A stretch of DNA of 64,000 bases, taken from an uncultured Planctomycetota bacterium (GTDB taxonomy: Bacteria > Planctomycetota > Planctomycetia > Pirellulales > Lacipirellulaceae). Under the pieces are notes generated by a model. It made no database searches. It was not told the origin of the DNA and was given only the letters and a program-made list of their open reading frames with translations. The position numbers and the translations under genes were made by a program. This document shows, piece by piece, positions 9,210 through 22,026 of the stretch (the stretch's first letter is position 1; every line of letters starts with the position of its first letter). The stretch spans positions 32,001 through 96,000 of the forward strand of contig CAVRBU010000003.1 in the NCBI GenBank assembly GCA_963719315.1. The letters are read 5' to 3'.

Positions 9210-10520
9210 ATGTTGAAGCCAGTCCTTCGCAGCGCTTTGTATTGTGCTGTTCTTATTCCTTCGTTCTGTGCTCCGCTTGTCGCGCGCGACTTGGTCAACG
9301 CGGCTTCGGCATATTGGCCTCAGTGGCGTGGGCCGCTGCGGGATGATATCGCCACCGACAAAGGCCTGCTTCCCGCTTGGCCTGACGATGGACCGCCGCT
9401 GGTTTGGACGGGCGCTGGCCTGGGCGATGGCTATTCGTCGGTGGTGATTGACGAGGGGCGAATTTATACTACCGGCGACCGCCAGGACGGCGAGTATCTC
9501 ATATGCCTCGAAGATGCCACCGGTAAAGAGTTGTGGTCGATGCGCATCGGCGATAAATGGGGCGACGATGGAGCGCGAAGTACACCCACCACCGACGGCA
9601 ATTCCGTGTATGCCCTCACTCCGAACGGCGACCTGGTCTGCGTTGCAGCCACTGACGGCGGCCTCACATGGCGGAAAAACCTGAGCAAGGACTTCGGCGG
9701 AAAAATGATGTCGGGCTGGGGCTATAGCGAGAGCCCGCTCCTCGACGGCGATCGGATTGTGTGCACGCCGGGCGGCGATGGAGCCGCGCTGGTGGCGCTC
9801 GATCGGAAAACGGGTGAAACGATCTGGCTGGCGAAAGTCGATAACTGCGGGGGCAGCGGGTATAGCTCGATCGTCAAATGCAAGGCCGCCGGCGTCGATC
9901 AGTATGTTACGGTTCTCGGCAAGACGGGCGGTGTTGTGGGTGTCCGAGCCTCTGACGGCAAATTGTTGTGGAGGCACGCCGGTGTTGCCGGCAAAGTTGC
10001 CAATATTCCGACGCCGATCGTCCGCGGCGACCAGGTGTTTTACACCACCGGCTATAACGATGGCGGCAGCGCGCTACTTAACATCGTTCAGCACGGCGAC
10101 GAGTTGGCCGCGGAAGAGGTCTGGCACAAGAGTGCGAACGAGCTGCGAAATCATCATGGCGGTGTCGTGCTTGTGGGCGACTACCTATACGGTGGCCACG
10201 GCCAGAACGAGGGTTTCCCGTTCTGCGTGAATTTCGAGACGGGCGAGAGCGTTTGGCCGAGGAAGCGCGGACCGGGCGAAGGCTCGGCGGCAGTGACGTA
10301 CGCGGACGGCCGATTGTACTTCCGCTACCAGAATGGCTTGATGGCGCTCATTGAGGCGAATCCCAAGGAGTGCAACGTAATCAGCACGTTCAGTATCCCC
10401 GAGGGAAGCAAGCCAAGCTGGGCCCATCCGGTGATCGCCGGCGGGCGATTGTACTTGCGCGACAAGGATCGCCTGCTGTGCTATGACCTCCGCCAAGACG
10501 GTAGCAAGGCGGTCCGGTAG
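9210..10520 (+). CDS. PQQ-binding-like (BamB-type) beta-propeller protein
   Basis: Signal peptide, WPQWRGP, GYSS, repeated D..TG...W blades, WAHPVIAGGRLYLRD C-terminus. Confidence 0.92.
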   Translation: MLKPVLRSALYCAVLIPSFCAPLVARDLVNAASAYWPQWRGPLRDDIATDKGLLPAWPDDGPPLVWTGAGLGDGYSSVVIDEGRIYTTGDRQDGEYLICLEDATGKELWSMRIGDKWGDDGARSTPTTDGNSVYALTPNGDLVCVAATDGGLTWRKNLSKDFGGKMMSGWGYSESPLLDGDRIVCTPGGDGAALVALDRKTGETIWLAKVDNCGGSGYSSIVKCKAAGVDQYVTVLGKTGGVVGVRASDGKLLWRHAGVAGKVANIPTPIVRGDQVFYTTGYNDGGSALLNIVQHGDELAAEEVWHKSANELRNHHGGVVLVGDYLYGGHGQNEGFPFCVNFETGESVWPRKRGPGEGSAAVTYADGRLYFRYQNGLMALIEANPKECNVISTFSIPEGSKPSWAHPVIAGGRLYLRDKDRLLCYDLRQDGSKAVR

Positions 10521-10647
10521 TGCTTTGTCAACGCTTGATATTAGGATCAGCCGCAGGGCGCTAGCCCCCGGTTGGAGCGGCACAAACCGGGGGCTAGCGC
10601 CCTGCGGCTGATGCGCCCGACCCCAATTTTTAGCTGTGACAAAGCAC
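10520..10647. mobile_element. 128-bp MITE, copy 2, inserted at the TAG stop of the propeller gene
   Basis: TA|GTGCTTTGTCAACGCT ... AGCTGTGACAAAGCAC|TA; same length and orientation as copy 1. Confidence 0.85.
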
Positions 10648-10679
10648 TAGCGCATTGCGGCTGATCTAGCGGCGCAATG

Positions 10680-10724
10680 AAAAACGCCGAGCGCTGCCGG
10701 GAATTCCCAACAACGACTCGGCGT
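10680..10724 (-). terminator. Probable intrinsic terminator of the HU gene
   Basis: Minus strand ACGCCGAG...GGGAATTCCC...CTCGGCGT followed by TTTT. Confidence 0.6.
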
Positions 10725-10813
10725 CGCCGTCGTGTCTAAGCGCTGTGCCGGTCACGTGGCCGAGACTCTGGCGAGGCTCGGATTGGCAGTTTCGGAGAAG
10801 CTGCCCTACGCGA

Positions 10814-11140
10814 CTACGACACCATGTCTTTGAGCTTCTTCAGCGGGCGGATCTTGACGACGTTGCGGGCCGGCTTGGCCTTGAAGGTCGTCTTTTCGCC
10901 GGTGAAGGGATTAACGCCTTCGCGTTCCTTCGTGGCCGGCTTGTGCTGAACGACGATCTTGGCCAAGCCATGGATCGTGAACGTCTTGGAGCCGCCGCGG
11001 CCGCTGAGGGCCTTCTTGATTTGGTCATTTAGCGCTTCGAACACGTTGTTGACGTCGCGCTTCGACAGGCCAGTGGTCTCGGCAATGCTCGAGAAAACTT
11101 CGGTCTTTGTCGGGGGCTTGATGGTGGTGGCCTTCGCCAT
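10814..11140 (-). CDS. HU/IHF-family DNA-binding protein
   Basis: TKTEVFSSIAETTGLSKRDV, REGVNPFTGE, KAKPARNVVKIRPLKKLKD; GGAGG RBS. Confidence 0.93.
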   Translation of the reverse strand: MAKATTIKPPTKTEVFSSIAETTGLSKRDVNNVFEALNDQIKKALSGRGGSKTFTIHGLAKIVVQHKPATKEREGVNPFTGEKTTFKAKPARNVVKIRPLKKLKDMVS

Positions 11141-11651
11141 GGAACTGAATCCTCCAGACTATTTGGGTGCAGAAAGGGACTTAAAACCGTACAACGTAAC
11201 TTTGGATGTGCGTTGTGAGCGTGCAAATTAAAGCGTGGTGGCACCTCAACACAAGTCAGAAAATGCCGGATATGCCGATAAAAATGGCCATTTTTGCCGG
11301 AGGCAGCGTGCCAGGAGCGTGGAGGAGGAGCCGATTCCCGACGTCCGGGGGCTGCCCTTAGCCCCGGCTCTCCGCTGCTGGTTCCCCGCTTTCTTGCAGC
11401 TTGATCGAATCGCCGAAGGCTGTAAGATGAAATATAGCCTTAAGTTACGTGGAACAGGGTAGGCTCGCCACGGAAGGGGTGGGCGGAACTGTTCGGGTAG
11501 GAAAGTCCTCTATACTGGTGCAAGATCAGGCAATAGCCAACCGGAATCCCCCCTGCCCCGCTGGCAAAGATTCCGGCTGCAAAACCCGCCCGCGCCGCCC
11601 GGCCTCAGCCGTAGCTGACGGTCCCGCGGCCACAGATTACGAAGGATCGCT

Positions 11652-14600
11652 ATGGAACTGCTTCACTGGTCGGCTCGAAGGAGGGGCGGAACGGTTCGGA
11701 TCTCAGCAATACTGGCCGTCGTAGCTTTTCTGTTTTTGGCGTGCGCCATCGGCATTGATCGGGCCGTCGGCCAGTTCGCGCAGCAACCGCAAATATTTAA
11801 CGGCAATGGGCGTGGCGACCCGGCACAACGAGGCGATCAAGATTCAGTTTCCGGCGTGTATTTGCCGACCGACCGAGCACTCTCCCGGGCAGTGAGTCGT
11901 GCGCGCGAACGGCTATCCGAGCATGAGTATCACGAAGCGCTGGCGTTTTTGCAAAGTATTCTGAGCCGCAATGAGGACTCATTTATCGATCGCTCCGCGG
12001 AGGACCGCGGGCAGCTCGGCCTTAAGGCGACGGCCCGCAAGATGATTGGCGAGTTGCCGCCGGAAGGACTGGATGCGTACGAGTTGCTGCAGGGTCCCAG
12101 CGCTCGGCGGCAACTGGAAGGGGCGATGAAAGAAGGCGACCGCGAGGAAGTGGCCAAGGTCGTCCGGCAATTCTTCCACACGAAGGCCGGCTACGAGGCA
12201 ACGCTCGTGCTCGCGCAAATGGAAGCCGATCAGGGTCATCGATTGGCGGCGGCGCAGTTGTTCCAGGATTTAATCGACACGCCACGGGCAGCGGCGCGGT
12301 TTGAGCCGCAATTGTCCGTGGCGGCGGCCGTCAATCAGCTCGCCGCGGGTCGGCCGGAGGATGCGACGGCAACGATCCGCTCGATCGTGGAGCGCAAACC
12401 GTCGGCCGATGTTTCTTTTTATGGCAAGAAGGCGACGCTTCCGGCAGCGGGCGCCGATCCGCTGGTATGGCTCAGCAGATTCGTGGGCAAGATTGGAGCG
12501 GCGTCGCGCGCCGACGGCAATTGGCTCACGATGCACGGCGACCCCTCGCGAAACATCGAGTCGCCGGGAGGCGAGCCGCACCTTCGGCCGCGGTGGGAGG
12601 CGCGCGTCGTCAACGACCCGACGATCGAATCGTACCTGACGGGCCGCATGAAGGATTTCCTGCAGCGGAGCGTGGTGGCCATTCCGGCGCGCGGCCGATC
12701 GCAATCGGCGATGTCGTGGTCATGCGGACCCCGGAAAATGTGGTGGCCGTCGATTGGCAAACGGGCAAGCGAATTTGGGAAACGCGCGATGAGCAGGAAC
12801 TGGAAACCGAAGACGTGCCGGCCGATCTCGCGCCTGGGATCGATCACGATCAGTTGATTGCGCAGGGCAAGCCGCTGGAAGAGCGGATGTGGGACGATGC
12901 GCTGGCAACGGCGATTTCGAGCGACGGGGCGCGCGTATTCGTGGTCCGCGGACTGCCCGCGTCGCGCGACGCGGAAACCTTCCAGTGGCAGATTAACCCA
13001 GGGTTCGGCCGGGCGGGTATCGAGTTGCCCGTCGCCACGAACCAGCTCGCCGCGTATGACCTCGCGACGCAGGGCAAACTTGCGTGGGAGTTGGACGGGG
13101 CCCGCACCGCGGGACCGCTGGCCGGCGCGTTCTTTCTCGGCCCGCCGCTGGCGATCGACAACACGCTCTATGTCATGGCGGAGATTCGCAGCGCGTTGTA
13201 CTTGTTGGCAATCGACCCGGTTAGCGGGCACGTGGAATGGCAACAGCAACTGGTGGGACTGGAACAGGGCATTATGCTGGACCCGGCTCGGCGGCGAGTG
13301 GGCGCCACGCCGTCGTACGCGGGCGGTATCCTCGTTTGCCCGACCGGGGCGAGCGCGGCGGTTGCGATCGACGTCGTCAAACGCGAATTCGCCTGGGTCT
13401 ATCGCTACGCCCGCGAGGCTCAGCCGAACGTCGATGCTCGGCAACTTTGGCAACAGAGACAAATGGTTGCACAAATGGTGCGCGCCAACGATCAGTGGCT
13501 CGATAGCTCCGCGGTAATCGCCGATAACCGCGTGCTGATCACACCGCCGGAGTCGGCCGAGATTCATTGCCTCGATTTGCACAGCGGTAAGATGGTGTGG
13601 AAGCGCCGACAGGGCGACGCGCTATTCATCGGTGGCGTGGATCGCGGCAACGTGCTGCTTGTCGGCAGCCAATCGGTTCAGGCGTTGCGACTGTCGGACG
13701 GCGGGAACGCGTGGAAACAGGAAAGTGTGTCGCTGCCGGCGGGCGCGCTGCCGGCGGGCCAGGGTTATCTCAGCGACGGTCGGTACTACCTTCCGCTCAC
13801 GTCCGGCCAAATTGCCGAAATCGAGATGGCGACCGGCGAGATCACGACCGGCGAGCCAGCGAATTCGGACGTCGTTCTCGGAAACCTCATTTGTTACCGC
13901 GGCAGCATTATCTCCCAATCGCCGCTGCTGCTTGATAAGTTCGAACAGCTTGATCTGCTGCAAAAGCGAACCGAAGCGGCGCTGGCCAAGAATCCAGACG
14001 ATACTTCCGCGCTCCGCGAACTGGCGGAAATCAAGGGCACGGCGGGCGAAAAAGCGGAAGCTGTGCAACTGCTCAAACACGCGCGCGAACTTGCGCCCGA
14101 TGACGCCCTGACCCAAGAAATGCTCGTTGAATTGCTGCTGGGGCAACTGGCGACGGATTACGCGGCCAACCGTGCGGACGTGCCGCTCGTTTCCAAGTTG
14201 ATTCACGGTCGCGACCAGCAGATCGAGCTGCTGCGGATCGAGGCTACCGGACTCGACGCACTGGATCAAAAACCGGCTGCGTGGGACGCGTATCTGCAGT
14301 TGGCGGATTTCACGGCCGAAGATCCTGCTTATCTGCGGATCGACGACCGCTACAATGTTCGCAGCGATCGCTGGATCGCCGCCCGCCTGGGCGCGATTTG
14401 GGAGCAGGCTTCCGCCGCAGATCGCAAGGAGCTGGCCGACAAAGTAGTTGCCCGATTGCCGGAACTGAAGAACCCGCGGACGGCGGGCGAGATGCGGCAT
14501 TACCTGGCCCACTTGGGTGAGTTGCCCGGGGCGAGCGGCGTGCGGCTCGCGCTGGCTCGATTCCTCGTCGACCGCGGTCGCGCGCAGGAAGCCGAGCTCG

Positions 14601-16384
14601 AATTGTTGCAGCTCCTGCACGAACCTTTGGCGAGTGAAACGCCGGCGGTCGCAGCGGACTTGTTGGCGAAGCTCGACTCAAAATCCAACACCGGCGATCG
14701 TGGAGCAGAGGTTGAGTGGCCGCGCGGGAAGGTGGAATCCGAAATAGTCTCCACCGGCATTGCCGTCCAAAACAAGGAACGCCCGCTCCGCGCACCGACC
14801 GATCCCAAAAACGCCTACAGGCAGCTTCGCATTGAACAGGATTATTGGCCGGATGGGCCCGACACGCAGTGGTTTGTTGCGATGGATGGTTCGGAGATCG
14901 TCGGCCGAAACTCGCTTGGCGAAGACATCTATCATATGACGATCGACCAAAGCAACTTACCGCGACAGTATCGCGACAGCGGGCTCGTACACGGTTCGCA
15001 ATTGGGCCACCTGTTGTACGTGACCGTGGGAGGACAGATCATGGCCCTCGACTCGCGGCAAGATTCGCCGGATGCGGATGGCGATCTACTGTGGCCAAGC
15101 CCAGCCTCTGATGGAATGTCGGCCGATGTGGGGCGATTTCGTCGCGGATTGCGTGGATTGGCCGCCGCGCAGTCGCGAACGAGCCGAGCGGTCGTTTATC
15201 ACGCCTGGTCGGGGCGGAAGCGGATCGCTGGCGCCGCCGGGAACGCGGGCGGTTCGTTGGGTCCGGTGACGCCACGCGGAGTCGTATTCCAGGATTCCGA
15301 CGAATTGAAGTGCGTCGATCCGCTGAGCGGCGCACTGCTGTGGGCGCGAAGCGACGTGCCGGCCGGATGCGAGCTGTTCGGCGATGATGAGTACGCGTTC
15401 GCAGCGGATGTCGGCAACCACGTCGCGTATGCCGTCCGCATCAGCGACGGTCAGCTCCTCGGCAAGCGCAACCTGCCGAGAAGCGAGTGGCTGCTGACGG
15501 CCGGGCGCAACATCGCCCAGTTGGCGTTCAACACCAGCGACGGCAACCGCGTCCTGCAGATCACGGTGACCGATATTTGGTCGCAAAAGACCGTGTATGA
15601 AGGGGAGTTTCCGATTACGACTCGTATCTCCGTGATGGAGCCGAATGCGATCGCCATGTTCGAGCCAGCGGGCAAATTTCGTGTGCTGGATGTCGAGACG
15701 GGCCGCCTGCTCGTCGAGCAAGAGCTCGATGCGGTGAGCGATCTACAGGCCATTCAAACTCTGCGGTCGGGCGATGAGATATTTCTGTATATCACGAGCC
15801 AGTTGCAGCCGCAGTACAAACCGATCGGGCTGCCGTCCGAATACCCGCTCATCAACGGTCCGGTGTATGCGTTCAGCCTGAAGACGGGCGAGCCGCTGTG
15901 GCCGGGGCCGGCCCTGGTGCGGAATCGGGGCGCCGTGTTGCAGCAGCCGCGCAACATTCCGTTGCTGGTGTTCGCCGATCGCCAAATGCCGCGCGACAGC
16001 ACGAACGGCGCGATCCCGAAGCTCCGCGTGCTTTGCCTCGACAAACGGACGGGCCAAACCGTGTATCGCAACGACTCCTTGCCGGAGACTTCCGTGGTCC
16101 GATTCCGGGTGCGTGGCGAAACGGATTCGCGCCCGGCCGTTGCCGTGGAATTCGGCGCCGGTAGGATTCTGTTGACGATGACCGATAACCCGCGTTCTCC
16201 GCAGCCACCGGCGAACGACGACCTGGAAGCGCCGCGAGAGATGGTCGAGCGGGGCCTACGCAACCTGGGTCAGCGGATGGGTAGCGCGCTGCGCGGGGCC
16301 CTGGACAGGCCGGTGCCCGTCCAACGGCAACCGCAGCCGCAACAGCCGCCGCCCAAACTCCAGCCCCAGCCTCCAAACAAGTAG
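11652..16384 (+). CDS. Large secreted protein with TPR-like helices and multiple PQQ-like propellers (frameshift near 12690)
   Basis: Signal peptide; ORFs 11652-12857 and 12467-16384 join by one base at ATTCCGGCGCG; many D..TG...W blades. Confidence 0.85.
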
Positions 16385-16438
16385 CCGGCACAAAAAAACG
16401 TACCGGATACGGATGACGATTGACTTGCGAGGATCACT

Positions 16439-17488
16439 ATGAGCCACTACTTTGCTCGCCAATGGATTGTGTTGTTCTGCGCGTTCGCGTTGGCGCCAGC
16501 GTACACTTCGCGGGCAGGGGTTGACGATCCGCGGACGCGAAAGGTCATCCGTGAAGGCCTCGACTATCTTGCGTACAACCAACACAAGCTCGGCCATTGG
16601 ACGGCCCAGGGCCGCTATCCCACGGCCATGACCGCCTTGGCCGGCATGGCGTTTCTCAGCGAAGGCTCGACCACGACCCAAGGCAAATATGCGGATAATA
16701 TTCGCCGGGCGGTTGAGTATATACTTCGCCAAAGCCGGCCGAACGGCCTCATTGGCGATCCGGTCCGGGACGATCGCTACACCTACGGCCATGGTTTTTC
16801 GATGTTGTTTCTTTCGCAGGTGCTGGGGGATGAAGAGGATGAGGATCGGCGGACGGAGCTAGTCGATGTGCTGACGCGGGCCGTGCAATTCACCGGCCAG
16901 GCCCAAACGCAGGCCGGCGGCTGGGGGTATGTGAGCGCCAAAGACGGCGGTGGCTTCGACGAAGGTTCGACGACCATCACTCAGGTTCAAGGGCTTCGCG
17001 GTTGCCGCAATGCGGGCATACCAGTCCCCAAGGAGATCATCGACAAAGCCGTACAGTACATTAAGGATTGCACGTTGCCCGAAGGCGGAGTGCAATACAG
17101 TTCGAAGGGTGGCGGCGGCCGGCCGGCGATCACCGCGGCGGCGATCGCCTGCCTGTTCAACGCCGGGCAGTACGACGACGATCTCGTGCCGAGGATGATG
17201 AAATACTGCGAGCAGAACCTTAGCTCGGATAGTCGCAGCAGTTATGGACATTGGCACTACGCCCACTTTTATTATTCCCAGGTGCAATACCGCGAAGGGG
17301 GCGAGCGGTGGGAGCGCTACCGCAACGAAATTCAGGCCAAGCTGCTCCGCGAAGCAACCGAGGTGAAACTCGGCGATAAGACGGGCGTCGAATGGACGCA
17401 AGGCTACGTAGGCCCGATTTACACGACCGCCCTCAATCTCATTATCCTGCAACTGGACAATGCCTGTCTGCCAATTTACCAAAAGTGA
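16439..17488 (+). CDS. Prenyltransferase/squalene-oxidase repeat protein (secreted)
   Basis: Signal peptide; GLDYLAYNQ..GHW, AQTQAGGWGY QW-like repeats; no DxDD cyclase motif. Confidence 0.85.
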   Translation: MSHYFARQWIVLFCAFALAPAYTSRAGVDDPRTRKVIREGLDYLAYNQHKLGHWTAQGRYPTAMTALAGMAFLSEGSTTTQGKYADNIRRAVEYILRQSRPNGLIGDPVRDDRYTYGHGFSMLFLSQVLGDEEDEDRRTELVDVLTRAVQFTGQAQTQAGGWGYVSAKDGGGFDEGSTTITQVQGLRGCRNAGIPVPKEIIDKAVQYIKDCTLPEGGVQYSSKGGGGRPAITAAAIACLFNAGQYDDDLVPRMMKYCEQNLSSDSRSSYGHWHYAHFYYSQVQYREGGERWERYRNEIQAKLLREATEVKLGDKTGVEWTQGYVGPIYTTALNLIILQLDNACLPIYQK

Positions 17489-17722
17489 TTCGCGGTTTTT
17501 GAATCACGAATAAGAAATCTGGTGCAGAGGCGCAAAGGCCGCGGAGAGCAGGAGATGAACCACAACGGCGCGGCGAGCACAACGAGAACATCAACCCTTC
17601 CAACGCAATCACAATCTTCATCGTTTACGTCGTTCCGTCGCGATCAAGAAACCACCGCGTTCCCGCACCTCTGCTTGAGAACCTCCAAGAACAAACATCG
17701 TCAACTCGACTGAGAACTCTAC

Positions 17723-18763
<1,041 letters not shown>

Positions 18764-19638
18764 GGTGATCAAGCGGATCGGTCGCCTCGAGATTCGCGCT
18801 CGCCACATCGTCGAAGGGCTGCTCAGCGGCATGCATCGCAGTCCGTACTTTGGGCAGAGCGTGGAGTTCCTGCAACACCGCGAATATGCGTCGGGCGACG
18901 ATCTGCGCCGCGTCGATTGGAAGGTCTGGGCCAAGCAAGACCGGCTCTACGTCAAACAATTCGAGGAAGACACGAACCTGCGCTGCTGCCTGTTGGTCGA
19001 TACGTCGGCCAGCATGGAGTATGGCTCGGGCGCGCTCACGAAATGCGATTACGCGATCACGGCTGCCGCGGCACTCGCGTATTTGCTGCTGCGGCAGCAG
19101 GATTCAGTCGGCTGCGCCGTATTCGATGAAGCAATCCGGCAAGCGATCCCGCTCCGCACGAGCACGAGCCATCTGACGACGATCGTTGGCGCGCTAGAAC
19201 AACGCGAGCCGCGCGACAAGACGGGGCTATACGATGTGCTGGCACGGGTTGCCGAAACGTACCCGCGGCGCGGCATGATGGTGCTCATTTCGGACTTGTT
19301 CGTCGATCCGGCCGACATCCAGCGCGGCCTGCGGCTATTGCGGCAGCGCGGCCACGACGTGCTCGTGTTGCACGTGCTCGACGACGATGAACTGGACTTT
19401 CCATTCGCCCGCCCTGCCCGCTTCGAGGGTCTGGAAACCGCCGATCAACTCACCTGCAACCCGCGCGCGTTGCGCGAAGGCTACCTGACCGCTCTCGAGA
19501 CGTTCCTCTCCACGGTGCGGCACAACTGCGCGAGACAACGTCGATTACACCTTGATCCGCACGAGTATGCCGCTCGACGCGGCGCTGACCGCGTTTTTAC
19601 GGCACAGACTCCGCGAGCGACAACGATGATTTTGCAAA

Positions 19639-19736
19639 GGTGTCAGGTGTCGGGTGTCAGGTGTCAGTTTTTCTTTCTGACACCCGACACCCGACACCCG
19701 ACACCTATCTTCCCCCGACACTTGACCCCCGAAACT
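19639..19736. repeat. Inverted heptamer arrays (GGTGTCA / TGACACC)
   Basis: ggtgtca ggtgtcg ggtgtca ggtgtca ... tgacacc cgacacc cgacacc cgacacc. Confidence 0.9.
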
Positions 19737-19740
19737 TAAC

Positions 19741-22026
19741 TTGTCCTTCCTATTTCCCACCCTCCTGACGATCGGTCTGCCGCTTGTAGCCGTGCCCATT
19801 TTGATCCATTTGATCAATTTGCGGCGGCAGCAGCGGATCAAATGGGCGGCGATGCAGTTTCTGCTGGAGAGCCAGCGTCGCAATCGGCGGTGGATTTTAC
19901 TTAAGCAACTTCTACTGTTAGCGACTCGGATGGGCGTGATCGCCCTGCTGGTTTTAATGCTGGCCCATCTCGTGCTCCGGAACGAGTGGCTGAGCCTGCT
20001 TGGCCGTGGTACGACGCATCACGTCGTGCTGCTCGACGACAGTTACTCGATGAGCGATCGTTGGAACGAGACCACGGCGCTCAACGAAGGGAAGCGGGCC
20101 GTGCAGGCGATCGTCGACCAGGCGTCTCAGCAATCGGATACCCAATTGGTCACGCTGCTGCGATTTTCGGAGGCCGCGCGGCTGTCGGCCGGTGCGCAGC
20201 CCAAGGTTTTCGCCGAGCGAATCAACGATTCCTTCCGCAGCCGGCTGGAGTCGCTGCTGGCAGGTTGGGAATCGTCGCAAACGGATGTCGGTCCGGCCGA
20301 CGCCCTCAAGGCGTTGCCTCGTCTGCCGCTGGCGGAGAACGACCAAACGCTGATCGTCTATCTGGTGAGCGATTATCGAGCTCGCCAGTTCACGAGCGCG
20401 ACCGAAATCCGCAAGCTGCTGGCGGACCTCAAGGAGAAAGAGCACGTTTCGCAGATTCATCTCGTGCGATGCGTGCGCGAAGCGCGGCCAAACCTGGCGA
20501 TCAAGTCGCTGGCGCCGGTGTCGGGCGTTCGCGCGGCGGGCGTCGAGATGTGGATGAGCGTCACGGTCGCCAACTACGGCGACGCCCCGGCACGAGGCAT
20601 CACGGTGCAACTTGAGCAGGACGGCGACGCGCTGCCGGCACTGGTGCTCGACGACATTCCACCGCGCGATGAAATCACGCACAAGTTTCGCGTGCAGTTC
20701 GCCGGAACGGGGGCGCATTGGTTGGCCGCCTCGCTGCCGGCGGATGCGGTAAGCGTGGATAATCACCGCTATTTCGCCTGCGATTTGCCGGCGGCCCGGC
20801 CGGTGCTGATCGTCGATGGCTCGTCGGATGGCCGCGGCGGCCATCAGCTTTCGCTGGCGCTCGCGCCCGGCGGCAACACCCGCACCGGTTGGCAACCGCA
20901 CGTCGAGCCGGCCAAGTTCTTGTCGGATGTCGACAAGCTTTACCAGCAGGCGGCGGTGTGCCTGCTCGATGTGCCGCACCTGGCGGAAGACGAGCTCAAC
21001 GCTTTGGAAGCCTACGTTCGCGGCGGCGGCGGCGTGGCGTTTTTTGTCGGCCCAAACACCGACCGTGGTTTTTACAACGAGCGATTGTACAAAGACAATA
21101 AGGGACTTTTTCCCGCCCCGCTCAAGCTGCCGACGCAACTGCTCGATCGCGAAGGCGAGGCCACGCCGGATGTGGAAGTCACCGAGCATCCTTTGTTTCA
21201 AGTGCTCGCGGGTCGTCGCAATGGTTTCTTGCAGCTACTGATGGTTGACTACTTCTATGCGCTGCAAGCCGACTGGCAACCGCCGGCCGATGGCAGCACG
21301 CACGTCATTGCCCGCTTGCGAAACAACGCGCCGCTCGTGGTCGAAAAGAAATTCGGCAAGGGTCACGTGGTGGCTCAGTTGACCAAACTTTCATCGGGTA
21401 ATACGCCACTGGGACGGTGGACGAACTGGAGCCTGAACCCCGTGTTTCCGGTGCTCGCGAACGAGCTAGTGAGCTATCTCGCCGTTTCGCACGACGCCGA
21501 TCCGATGCTCAACATCGGGGACGATCTGGTGGTTTCCGCGGAAGAAGGCAAATACGAATCCCGTTTTCGGTTCGTGCTGCCCGGCGGAAGCGGTTCCGGC
21601 GAGACCGCTTCAGCGGGCGGGAAAATCGGCGCTCCTATCTCGTCTCGCCCCGAAATCACGGTCGAAGCTACCTCCGCCAACCATGAGCTAACGGCGAAGC
21701 TCGAAAATGTATCCGAAAGCGGCATTTACGAAGCCCAACTCCAACCGCTCAATGGCACGCTGGAGCGCCGCGATTTCGCCGTGAACGTTCCGGATGGAGA
21801 GGGAGATTTAGCCATTACTCCGAGTTCCGATCTTACGCGGCAACTCGCGGGAATCGACTATCAAATGCACGATGCGGCCGATATGGCCCTCGATTCGCAA
21901 CAATTGGCCGGCTTCCAAATGGGAGACGCCTTGCTCGGCTCGCTCATTGTGTTGCTGCTGGTCGAACAATTGTTGGCATACCTCGCAAGTTATCACATCC
22001 AATCACTGCGAGGAGGCAACAGATGA
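19741..22026 (+). CDS. BatA N-terminal double-TM + vWA domain membrane protein
   Basis: PILIHL...W.AMQFL BatA motif, MIDAS DDSYS, C-terminal TM LLLVEQLLA; TTG start. Confidence 0.88.
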   Translation: MSFLFPTLLTIGLPLVAVPILIHLINLRRQQRIKWAAMQFLLESQRRNRRWILLKQLLLLATRMGVIALLVLMLAHLVLRNEWLSLLGRGTTHHVVLLDDSYSMSDRWNETTALNEGKRAVQAIVDQASQQSDTQLVTLLRFSEAARLSAGAQPKVFAERINDSFRSRLESLLAGWESSQTDVGPADALKALPRLPLAENDQTLIVYLVSDYRARQFTSATEIRKLLADLKEKEHVSQIHLVRCVREARPNLAIKSLAPVSGVRAAGVEMWMSVTVANYGDAPARGITVQLEQDGDALPALVLDDIPPRDEITHKFRVQFAGTGAHWLAASLPADAVSVDNHRYFACDLPAARPVLIVDGSSDGRGGHQLSLALAPGGNTRTGWQPHVEPAKFLSDVDKLYQQAAVCLLDVPHLAEDELNALEAYVRGGGGVAFFVGPNTDRGFYNERLYKDNKGLFPAPLKLPTQLLDREGEATPDVEVTEHPLFQVLAGRRNGFLQLLMVDYFYALQADWQPPADGSTHVIARLRNNAPLVVEKKFGKGHVVAQLTKLSSGNTPLGRWTNWSLNPVFPVLANELVSYLAVSHDADPMLNIGDDLVVSAEEGKYESRFRFVLPGGSGSGETASAGGKIGAPISSRPEITVEATSANHELTAKLENVSESGIYEAQLQPLNGTLERRDFAVNVPDGEGDLAITPSSDLTRQLAGIDYQMHDAADMALDSQQLAGFQMGDALLGSLIVLLLVEQLLAYLASYHIQSLRGGNR

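Noticed and set aside
8472..10647. Repeats as a CRISPR array
   Set aside because: Only two 128-bp copies 2 kb apart; no repeat-spacer periodicity or cas genes anywhere in the window.
16439..17488. Squalene-hopene or oxidosqualene cyclase
   Set aside because: Single barrel of 349 aa with a signal peptide and no DxDD/DCTAE motif.
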